64,000 bases of DNA from positions 1,698,479 to 1,762,478 of the forward strand of contig NW_003314279.1 of assembly GCF_000143415.4 (NCBI RefSeq), read 5' to 3'. The notes under the pieces are model-generated. The model saw only the letters and a program-made list of their open reading frames with translations. It had not been told where the DNA came from and did not search any database. This DNA comes from Selaginella moellendorffii (Eukaryota > Plantae > Lycopodiophyta). A program made the position numbers and the translations under genes. Below are positions 53,461 to 64,000 of this stretch, one piece after another (the first letter of the stretch is position 1; every line of letters begins with the position of its first letter).

Positions 53461-55823
53461 CTATTCCAGTTGTTTGGTACCAAGTTGAAGTTTAGTACAG
53501 CTTACCATCCTCAAACCGATGGGCAGACCGAACGCATGAATGCTCAAGTTGAGGATTATTTGCGGTACTATGTCGCGGCGGACCAACGCGACTGGGTTGA
53601 GCATTTGGATACGGCAGAAATATGTTATAACAACACATTTCATAGTGCTATAGGCTGTTCTCCATGGGAGATATTGCAAGGGAATGCTCGTGGGGTTCCT
53701 CAACAGATCGTTGTCCCGAAACCAATGACCGAAGTGTTGGTCCCAGCCGTGGAAACTTATGTGGAGCAGCTACGCCAAGGTTGGTCTAAAGCTACCGAGG
53801 CGATGGGCAAAGCTCAGGATAGGTATCGACATGATAAGGATCAGCATCGTCGGGATGTATCCTATCTAGTGGGAGATCAGGTGTGGCTATCTTCCCGAAA
53901 CTTGAACATCAAAGGTTCTTTGTCTCGGAAGCTCTTCCCGAGATATGTTGGACCCTATCGGGTGTTGGCACAAGTTGGTGATGTATCCTATAAGTTGGAT
54001 CTTCCGGATGAGTTGTCCCATGTACATGATGTGTTTCATGTCAGTTTATTGGCACCATATCGTGTTAATGCGGATCGCTCTATGGACATTCGTCCCCCTC
54101 CGGAAGTTGTGGATGGTGATATGGAGTATGAGGTCGAGGCGATTCTCTTGTTCTCTTGCTCGTGGTGGTCGTTCCAAGGAATATTTAGTTAAGTGGAAAG
54201 GTTACCCGACTTGTGAATCAACTTGGGAACCTCTTAGTAATCTTACCCATGCTCGTGAGCTTGTCACGGAGTATGAGAATTGTAATAAAGACTAGCTTTT
54301 GTAATAAATCTTGCAAATTAATAAAGTAAAATATTTCTATCACTCAAGTGTCGTTTCTCTCGATCAATTGTACTTGGGTCAGTTTTGGCAGGTTGACTTC
54401 GGCACTTCGGTGCCTGGGTCCAATCCATAACCACGGGGATACCTATTCTAGACTGATCACAAGTCCCCGCCTCTCTCTTGATGACTCCTTTTCAAAACAA
54501 AAAAAAAAGGGGCGTGGTCGTGTAAACAACTTAATCTGCCAGTTTATAATAGTTGTCTAAATCTTCCCGACGGGGTTGATTTCTTGCTCAGGGGCAGTTG
54601 GGCCTCTGGCCTTCTCCCTATATCCCTGCGGGCAGGGATGTATCATTCCTTTGTAAGCTGAGTGGTACTCAGAGCAGCAAGGGTGGCTAACTCCGTTGGT
54701 CATTTCCTTGTCGGCGACGGCCGGAGGGTGTCTGAGTCTTAACGTCTTTGGACGTAGAGGAGAGGTCATTCCATAACTCATTTAAGTCGGTGTGTTTCCC
54801 ACATAGTGTGCTTTCCGTTAACTTTCAGAGTTGTTTCCTTGACGGTTTGCTAGACTCGGGTATGCATCGACGAGGACGTCGATCTTCTCCAAGGGGGGGA
54901 GAGTGTCGCGAATGTGACTTCGGGTATCGAAAGATACTTGTCGGCTAGTCCTTATGGACACTCTTTCCTTACTGCCATGACGGCAGGAGGTCGGTACAGT
55001 TGGTTCCCTTTATCGTTCCCACTTGAGCTAGTTGAGAAACTGGTCAATGACCGTGCACTTAAATTGGATAAACATAAGGTAGGAACCCTATGTGTTTCTT
55101 GCTGAGCATACTCGGCCTGGTTTGAGAAACTCGTATCATTGGCTTGCACTTGCTGGTATCAAGAACCCCCGTGATATTGCGACTAGTCCCTCAATATTCA
55201 CTAGATGATAGCTTACCGTGTTTGCCAAACACCCTCGCTATCACGCCTTTTGTGTTGGTCTCATTTTGGTCCCAAATGCTATTTATGGAAAGTGTCTAGA
55301 TTAGCTCATTTGGCATATCTACGGAATGTAGAGATCGGCCTGAACACAATGGTGTTTGTCCCGTGTCCAAATTCGCAATCTAAGGACATTCCATACTTAA
55401 TAAGTTTCGGACTTGTCCTAGAGACTAACTCCTGGTACTAAGGGAGGCTTGGGGTGAAAGCCCAAAGCGTATGTCCCTCAAGGGGGGGGGGGGGCTATGG
55501 GGGGTTCCAAATGTATAGTAGGGATAGTGGTTGGAATGCATGTCTGACCACCTGAGACATTAGTTTGGCTCCCGCTGGGCTGTGTCGCTCCTTGTTCTGC
55601 GTCCGGCTTGGGTCTAAGCCCAAGCTCCACGCTGCTCTAGTCAGTGGAGTACCCTCCTTCTCGCGTTAGGCCACCGGTATGCCAAAATTGTGCCAGACTC
55701 CGTCTGACACCATTTTGCGTGCAGGTGCTGGATACGGGGAGCTGGTGCTCGTGGGATTGTACCGGACCCTCGTTTCGTAGCGCAACGGGCTTGGAGTTCG
55801 GCTCCAAATTCAAGTGCGCTACA
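53461..55823 (+). mobile_element. 3' part of a chromovirus (Ty3/gypsy): integrase C-terminus, chromodomain, PPT and 1.3-kb 3' LTR
   Basis: STAYHPQTDGQTER, GPY, HDVFHVSLL, YEVEAIL/EYLVKWKGYP..STWEP (frameshift near 54150). PPT 54499-54520. LTR TGTAAACAAC(54521)..CTACA(55823). Confidence 0.88.
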
Positions 55824-57495
55824 TTACTGGCCCTTTTCCATCTACCACATCATGCACAAGTTCACGCATGAACTCGAGTGGAGAGCCATGTCCTCTCAAC
55901 ACGCTACTCCTTGAGGATAGGTCCATACCTAGGACTTTGCAATTCCAATATAAGTGGTGATATACTTGGCCACCAATAAAAGGCAGACTAAGGAACAGCT
56001 CCAATACCAAATTGTAAGCGACAAATTTTTTCCATTCTACTTTAGTCACTTAACCGCACTTTCAACCACTTAGAGGAGTCTCATTCACAACCTTCATAAG
56101 TCCCTCTCAGGACTTGGGGCTTGCTAGCCCCGAGAATGGCATCCATGCCACTCAACCTTTGCACTTGGTCCAAGTGCTCCATGTGTCCGGTCCCATGACC
56201 AACACCCCAAAGCACCACCAACATACTAGCCCGTTACGCTAGGCCATGCCCAATCACCTTGGTCACATCGGTGGTCCAACACCACTTGCATTGCAATCCC
56301 GTCTCTTCAAGGCTGGGCCATCCGTCCATGAGTGGTCATCCCAAATCCACTCCCTAGCATCCTTAGGATGCCTGCAGATATGGGGAATAACCTTTCCCAA
56401 TATCTCCTTTCTGGTCCCCACCAAGTCCCTTTCTGTCCTTGGCCTTGTTCGCCAACACTGCCACTAGATCAAGGCCCACAGACCCGACCACTAAGTCCCA
56501 CGGTCCTTTGGGACTTCCTCACCGCACGACTGTATCCTTGGTCACTACACCAGAGGACTACTCCTCTTCCTTTCCACAGTCTGGGCCTTTGGGACAACAT
56601 TTTGGAACACCGTGGCCTTACGCAAGCCTTGTGGGTACTCTCCCTGCCTTTTGCCTTTGGGTGCTCTAGCCATGGGCTTAAAGCGAGGTTCCATTGAGCC
56701 ATGCCTGGTATCCAAGTAGGTAGTGCCACCCACACTTGGACTGGGAACATCGGCCAGTCGATCTCCCGGGGGAACTAGAGCCAGCTCTTGAACACTTCAC
56801 CAAGCTACCCTGCTTGTCGGTCTGTGTTCACTCTAGTCTTGGACTTCCCAGTGGGCAGCTCATCACCCAACACTGGGTACAGCCTTCCTGGGCCAAACTG
56901 GCCTTTCCTGGCCAAACTGGCTCCACTGCAGTCCTCCCCCCTTACTATACTTTTGGAGCTCACCAAACCCCCCAAGGTTTGGGAGACGAATGCTTTGGGC
57001 TTTCACCCCCTTAGACTCAAACTCGGACTCAGAGTCGGACTCGGATTCGGACTCGGACTCGGACTCGGACTCGGGCTTGGGCTCGGTCTTGGCCTCAGCC
57101 TCGGCCTCGGTCTCAGTTCCAATCTCGGTCTCGGTCTCGGTCTCGGTCCCGGTCTCGATCTCGACCTTGGACTCCATCTCGGGTCCTTCTCGGACTCCAT
57201 CTCGGGTCCATCTCGGACTCCATCTTGGACTTCGTCTCGGTCCATCTCGGACTCCATCTCGGGTCCATCTCGGATTCCATCTCGGGTCCATCTCAGACTC
57301 CATCTCGGAATCCATCTCGGGTCCACCTCGGACTCCATCTCGGACTCCATCTCGGACTCCGTCTCGGTCCATCTCGGACACTTCCACGTGTCATGTGTTA
57401 GTTCTTTTGGGTCCCTTTTTAGAGCCTCGCTTATTGCTCACTTCGTGCTCATTCCTCGAGCACTTTGTTGGGAGTTCCATTCCCGCTCTCGACCT
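55824..57495 (-). mobile_element. Repeat family A copy 3 (partial)
   Basis: Co-linear with 1508-3765, with a single copy of the 543-bp unit. Confidence 0.8.
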
Positions 57496-57499
57496 TGAG

Positions 57500-59770
57500 T
57501 GGAGACTGAAAAAGGGTCTAACAATATTGACCTTTTGCTGTTATGGCAATAAGGAAAGAATATCCGAAAGGACTAACTAGCAGGTAACTTTTGATACCTA
57601 TAGCTACATTTGCGACACTGCTTTTGGTGTAGATTTTGTCTCCCAAATGGACATGTTTGGGTCCAGTGACCTTGCAAATGCATGGGTACATTTTGACCAT
57701 ATGGAACATGTATCAAGTTGGACAACCATAGGAGCTCATGTGTTTGATCCAAGATAATTTTTATTCTTATTATATTGAAATGGTTGTAATATTTGTGTTA
57801 TCACAGGCTATATTGTAACTTGACAGTTGCAACAATAGAGTTTAAAGTACAAGACCAAACAGCCCAAGAAATATTTTGGAAGTCCCTCACCGACATTGTA
57901 GTAAAGTAGACTAGTAAGCCTACAAACTTTCACGATTTCATGGTAGATGGGGCTAGTGCAAACTAGAATAGTAACTAAGTAGCTTTTGGGAATGGTCAGC
58001 CATTGGAAGGTTAAACATTACTATCTTAGTTTCAATCAATATTTAAGGAGTTGTACAAATAATGGCAGGTTTCACCCTCTGAAGAAGAAAGAAGTATAAA
58101 GCAAAAGCAAATGAGATTGGAATATGGTGGTGTGATGATGGTCATATGGACATAAGTTTTCTACCACAACTTGAGTTGTGGTTAAGGTGGTGGGAAGTTA
58201 GGATGTTCTAGTGCGGACATCACTCTTTTCAAGTTGGTTTCTATTTTTTATTCTCATTTTATTGCTTGTTAATATTACTTTTTCTATTAGGATCAACCAC
58301 TTGAGGACTTCACATACACCCCAACTGTGAATCTCTCTAAAAGTGAGCACTAGAGCTAGCATTCCTTTAAGGCAAAAAAAGGGAAGATAAGTCTATATAA
58401 ATCCTGTCTATCAAATTTGATATACACTATAGAGCAATCTTCAAAAGTGTTAACACTCGGGGAAGAAATATATGTGGGAACAAGGCCTTTTGTTAAAATG
58501 TTACATGATAGGATGAAAAAATTAACTCCACCTGCCCAAACAATGGCAATTACAATTGAGGAAGTGGTCCACAACACATCTATGGAGTACACACCCTGGG
58601 CTTTTATTAGTGATATGAAGACTATCTACTCAAAACATCATTTTTTCTTTGCTAGTGAAGATGTTGGCATGGATGTTAGAGCAAAAACCTCTCATAAGCC
58701 TGATATTGAATACTATTCTACTCTAAGACAACACCTTTGGATCGAGCCACTTCAAATGGGTGATGGAGAGAGTGCATCACAACAAGTTGCAATCGCTTAT
58801 CAATGGGTTTATTGCTGTCTAATTGAATTCAAATAGTTATTTTGTCTATACTAGTTTATGATATTTTATGTTGCCTTTGAAGTGTTACCTTTCTATTAGA
58901 CAAAATATAATGATATGAGTTTTATATTGGGTCTTATGAAGGTGAGTTGAAAAATGATTACTGTAATCTAGATGTAAACTCCTGAGTTTGGACTTCTCAA
59001 GAGGTCACCCAGCCCAGTACTATGCAAACCCAAGGACACTTAACTCAAAGTATCCCAAAACCCTTAACCAATTGGAAAAGGAGATGCACTCTTGTTCATG
59101 GGACTTTTCCCTCTATATTTGAACCCTATGGATCGTCTCTTGAGTTGTTCCCTTTGGTTGCTTATACTAGAGCTGAAGCAATGGGCAATCAACAATATAA
59201 GATGTGTAGGGATGATTTCAAAGGGCAAGTGTTAAGTCTGGATTGATGGTGACAAGTTTGCTTCTATTCCAACCCCATGTTTCTATGAGGAACAAAAGTA
59301 AGTAAGATTTTTGAGATGGTGTTGGCTATATTATTGCAACACTAATGCCAACCATATAAAGCGGCTTGAAGACACTATACTGACTAAACCTAATGCAATA
59401 CCTAAAAAATGGCTGGTTGCTAATAGGGTTGCACTCACCTTAGATGAGATTGAAAACTTGCTTTCAATCTTGAGAGAAGAGTTGGAGACATGAGTGACAA
59501 AACTAGAACTGTTCCCATAGAGATGCACAAAAGGCCAACAAGAAAAGGTAAGGTAATTAAATTTATTGATACTACCTCCAAGTAGAAGTAGCGTAAAATA
59601 TACTTGGCTCAAATGCTTGAGTGTGAGATTCTCTCCACGAAGTACATCACTACACTTGAAAATGAGTACATGGTCAAAATAGAAGGTGAAGAGTACACAA
59701 TTGCCATTCAAGACTTCCCTTCTTACACATATCCAAACTTTACAAAACGTGAGGAATATGAGAAGGCATA
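57500..59770 (+). pseudogene. Decayed Mutator-like (MULE) transposase with SWIM-like finger
   Basis: Remnant motifs WVHFDHMEHVSSWTT.GAHVFD, FMVDGASAN, LELWLRWWEVR, PTVNLSKSEH, YTIAIQDFPSYTYPNF. Many stops. Confidence 0.55.
58973..59166 (-). mobile_element. Cassandra-type solo LTR with perfect TSD CTAGA
   Basis: Reverse complement matches 45781-45975. 5S-like part 58990-59045. CTAGA at 58968-58972 and 59167-59171. Confidence 0.9.
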
Positions 59771-60654
59771 TGTGTGAGAGACAAAATCCCTAGGCCCCAA
59801 AGTGGAGCCGGAAGGGGGCCACATGGTAGTGGCCAAAGCGAAAGCCAAACGAGCATAACACATTTGGACTAAAAGCTTTGGTTAATTGAGAAACGGGTCT
59901 TCATGTGTGCACTTGGATAGAAGAGTATAAGAACTAAATTCCTAAATGTTATTAGTCAAATATAATTGACTTGGTTAGAGAAACTCATTTATTGGCTTGC
60001 TAGTGTTGGGAACCCCTATAATATTGAGCTTGGTCCCTTAATATTCACTAAATGATAGCTTACCATGTCGACCAAGACATTTTCACTATCATGCCCCTTA
60101 TGTCGGTTCCATTTGGTCTCATTAGCTATTTATGGAAAGTGTCTAGATTTGTTAATTTAGCATATCTATGGAATATAGAAATTGTCCTAAACACAATGGT
60201 GGTTGTCCTATATCTAAATTCACAATCTAGCACCATTTTATATTTAATAAGTTTCAAATTTGTCCAACCCAAAGTGTATGGCCTATGGGGGTTCTAAATG
60301 TATAGTAGGGATAGTAGGGTAGGTTAGGCATGGCCAACTAACCTAAGGTATAGTATAACTCTTGCTTGCATGCTTATCTTTGCATTTGTCTTGAGTCTAA
60401 GCTCAAGTTCCATACTATGTTAGCCAGTGAAGTACCCATATTCTAGCATTATACCACCAATATATTGAAATAGTGCCAAACTTTATTTGGCTTTGTTTAT
60501 GTGTTGGCCTTGGAATTGGGATGCTAAATGCTCTAGGACTGTTCCTATGTCACTCCTACTCCTGTCCATTCACTCCTTGGGCTGTATGCTCGAGAATTGT
60601 TTCATGCTCCAATTCCATCACTCCTTGGCTCTATGTTTAAAAATTTGGCTTTGT

Positions 60655-62160
60655 TCTTTCATTTAATGGCCCAAGGTTTTGAAACTTAGTTTCCACTCCG
60701 CTGTCCTCGGATATGTGGTATATGTCACGTGGCATGTGACACATGGCATATGGAGGGTTTAGGTTCCACTTCATGGTTATCCTATAATAAATCATCATAG
60801 GATAAAGGGTGAAAACCATATGAGCTACATTTGGTATCAAAGTATGAGTATCAACAAGTACTATTTAATGAGATTGAGCAATGAGTTTCATTGCATATGT
60901 AGAGATGTAAACAATGATTCAAGTGGGTACATGTTTGTTTGCTATAACTTCACATTCATTTATTTTTGGTTACCTTTTCATACTAGATAGTATAAGCTTG
61001 TGCTTAGGCTCATAAGATGGTGTAAGGAACCAACTCCTCGAGGTGTCGTAGGCTAAAGGATCCCTAAAAGCATGACTGAAATGATAAAAAGTTTATCGGA
61101 TGAGATCGAGTCCAAAATCGAGTCCGAGACTAACTCTGAGACCGAGTTCGAGACCTAGTCTAAATCAAGTCTAAGATCGACTCCGAGACCGAGTTCCAGA
61201 CCAAGTCCGAGACTGAGTTTGAGACCCAAGTTTGAGATTCAAGATAGGGTCCGAGACCGAGTCTAAGATCAAGTCTGAGACAAAGTCCGAGGTTGGGTCT
61301 GAGATTGAGTCTAAGATCAAGTTTGAGACTAAGTTCGAGACTGAGTTCGAGACCGAGTCCGTGGTCGAATTTGAGATCGAGTCTAAATACTAATATAGGT
61401 CGTGGGGTGAAAGCCCAAAGCATGTGTCTCCTTGGGGGGGGGGGGCATAGAGGGTTCCAAAAATATAATAGGGATAGTGAGGTCCAAAGACCAGACTTGA
61501 AAGAACTCTTTAGTAGTGTTTCCAAACTGACTTAAGGTTGAAATTGGGGCTTAGGGACCTTGAGTGAGAGTGAGTATGGACTAGCGTGATGTTGGAGGGA
61601 CTAGTTTTGAAGGAACTCTTCAGTGGTGCTTCTAAACTGACTTGAGGTTAAAATTGAGGCTTAGGGGCCTTAGGTGGGAGTGAGCATGGACTGTAGAGAG
61701 TTCTAAAAATATGTTCATTTAATGGCCCAAGGTTTTGAAACTTAGTTTCCACTCTGCTGTCCTTGGATATGTGGTATATGTCACATGGCATGTGACACAT
61801 GGCATATGGAGGGTTTAGGTTCCGCTTCATGGTTATCCTATAATAAATCATCATAGGATAAAAGGTGAAAACCATATGTGCTACATTTGGTATCAAAGTA
61901 TGAGTCTCAACAAGTACTATCTAATGAGATTGGGCAATGAGTCTTATTGCATATGTAGAGATGTAAACAATGATTCGAGTGGGTATATGTTTGTTTGCTA
62001 TAACTTTATATTCATTTATTGGGTATTGATTTTGGTTACCTTTTCATACTAGATAATATAAGCTTGTGCTTAGGCTCATAGGATGGTGTAAGGAACTCAT
62101 AGGCTAAAGGATCCCCAAAAGCATGACCGAAATGATAAAGAGTTTATCATATGAGACCGA
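60655..62160 (+). repeat. Direct duplication of about 450 bp (60655-61110 and 61713-62160) spanning the LTR end and PBS
   Basis: TTCATTTAATGGCCCAAGGTTTTGAAAC..GAGTTTATC occurs twice, about 1.06 kb apart. Confidence 0.85.
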
Positions 62161-62333
62161 TATAAGCTTCTGAATTTGGACTTCCTGGGAGGGCACCCAA
62201 GGACACTTAACCCCAAATATCCCAAGACCCTTAACCGATTGGAAAAGGGGGTGCACTCTTGTTCATGGGCCCTTTCCCTCTATATTTGAACCTCATGGAT
62301 TGTCTTTTGAGTCGTTCTCTTTGGTTGCTTACA
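62161..62333 (-). mobile_element. Cassandra-type solo LTR with perfect TSD ACCGA and a deletion in the 5S-like part
   Basis: Reverse complement matches the Cassandra LTR. ACCGA at 62156-62160 and 62334-62338. About 21 nt missing between two TGGG repeats. Confidence 0.88.
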
Positions 62334-64000
62334 ACCGAGTCCATGATCAAGTCCAAAATTGACTCTAAAACCGAGTTCAAGACTAAGTCCGAGATCGAGT
62401 CCAAGATTGAGTCTGAGACCGAGTTCAAGACTGAGTCTAAGATCGGGTTTGAGACCGAGTCCGAGATTGAGTTTGAGGTAGAGTCCAAGGTCTTGTCCGA
62501 GATTGAGTCTGAGATTGAGTCCGAGACCAAAGTCTGAGGTTGAGTCTGAGATTGAGTCCGAGATTGAGTCCGTGACTGAGTTCGAATACTAATATAGGTC
62601 ATGGGGTGAAAGCCCAAAGTGTGTGTCTTTTGTGGCCAGCAAGCAAGTACATGGGGGAGTCAAGTGAAATGGGAAAAACCCACTGATAAAAAAGTCAAGT
62701 CTGCTAGTAGCGTGGGAAATAACATATGCTTTAATTGCAGTGAAGCAAGACATTTTTCGTGGGAATGTCCCTACCTGAAGAAGGCTAGAGTCAATATGGC
62801 CATTAAGTTGGGTGAAATTTAAATTGAGGTATGTGATTTAGTCCCTAGCTCAAAATTACTTATTACATTAGCAACTTTGGTAGAGAGTTGTTCACAACAT
62901 CTACTAGCCCTCTGAGGGAAGCTTGGAGGTAGCTTTGTTAAGATCATTATTTACATGAGTGTGTTAAATAATTTTGTGGCTATAGACATAGTTCAACAAG
63001 CTGAACTAATAGTGCAGCTGCTAGGTGAACCAAGGACTATAGGTTTGTTCAAGGTAGCTAAAGCACCGATGATGTACTTTAACAAACAAGAGTCGAAATA
63101 AGGACATGGAAAGTAGACATGGATTTCACTGTGTTGAATATGGCAGGATTTGACGTGATCTTTGGGATGGATTAGTTCAATCTGTTTGTGGTAGTTTTGC
63201 ATGGACAAGGTAGGAACATGTGGTACTGTCGAATGCTTGAGGAGAATAATCCAGGGTGGAGGCTTAGGATCTAAAAGTAGGTAAAGTAAGGCCAAAAACT
63301 CCTACTTAAACTTAGTGTTCGAGAGGACAACTCACTAAAGGAACCAATGTAGCATTTTTGTGTTTACTCTCGAAGGGGAGTGGAACAGAAGAAATATTGT
63401 TAGTGATCTAGTGGGTGTTAAACCAATTTTGAGATACTATGCTAGAGGAGTTATCAACTAGGTTACCCCCCACACGACTGATTGATTGAGTTAGTTGAGG
63501 GTGCTAAGACAATGGTTCGTCCCCCCTATTGGTTGAATGAAAAGGAATTTGAGGAGCTCGAAAGAGAAGACAAGTTGTGCAGAATACAATGGACCCATCT
63601 ATTATAAACAGAGGAAGATATATGTTCCACAAGAGGAGTTAAGGAAAGTAGTCTTAAAAGAGTGTTATTGTGGACCTCTTGTGGGACACAGTGGAGTGCT
63701 CAAGATGATGGGTTTACTCAAGAGAAAGTATCACTAACCAGACATAGCTAAGGATGTCTAGGACTATGTAAAGATATGTCTAACATATTACCAAGTCAAA
63801 ACCATGACTAATGCTAGTGGGTCTTGTTACAAAGCCTCCCAATTCCAGATCGTCCATGGAAATGTCTTACAATGGACTTCATCACAGGACTCCCCCCAAG
63901 TAAGGGGTTTAATGCAATATTTATGGTGATGGACCAGTTTTCGAAGATGGCACATTTCATACTCACCACAATGAAAGTGGATGCGGAAGGTGTGGTAAAG

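Larger units (their letters stand above)
59773..64000 (+). mobile_element. Nested, decayed Ty3/gypsy remnants: LTR pieces, duplicated LTR-end+PBS, gag zinc knuckle, protease, integrase (RT/RNase H deleted)
   Basis: CTACA-TT-TGGTATCAAAG at about 60825 and 61881. [53 protein letters not shown] start joined directly to integrase near 63570. Confidence 0.75.

Noticed and set aside
54521-55823. Hammerhead ribozyme / retrozyme in LTRs
   Set aside because: I found no CTGATGA..GAAA core in the LTR-like repeats by eye; an Infernal search would be needed to exclude it fully.

Overview
Eukaryotic plant nuclear DNA, with no prokaryotic features and no CRISPR array. The very short GT-AG introns (about 45-75 nt) and compact genes suggest a lycophyte such as Selaginella; this is inference. 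The window is a TE-rich region around a small gene island. The island has an apparently intact full-size ABCG/PDR transporter (35681-41238, -) flanked by decayed copies of FTSH4 and ELP3. A second pocket (14.8-21.5 kb) holds an intron-containing SEC/OGT fragment, a tRNA-Thr(AGT), an intronless pre-SET/SET/post-SET gene, a frameshifted secreted LamG-like gene and a secreted GNA/B-lectin fused to an unrecognised domain. TEs include a short-LTR Ty3/gypsy family with a tRNA-Ala-type PBS; its best copy has a clean 1.07-kb internal inversion and three further copies are decayed. Also present are chromodomain-bearing gypsy remnants, a repeat family with 6-mer/12-mer arrays, a decayed MULE/SWIM transposase and an AT-rich foldback element. 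The most notable item, invisible in the ORF track, is a Cassandra-type TRIM with 5S-rRNA-derived LTRs: one complete 597-bp element plus two solo LTRs with perfect 5-bp TSDs. Its LTR start matches that of a nearby chromovirus LTR. There are three assembly gaps.
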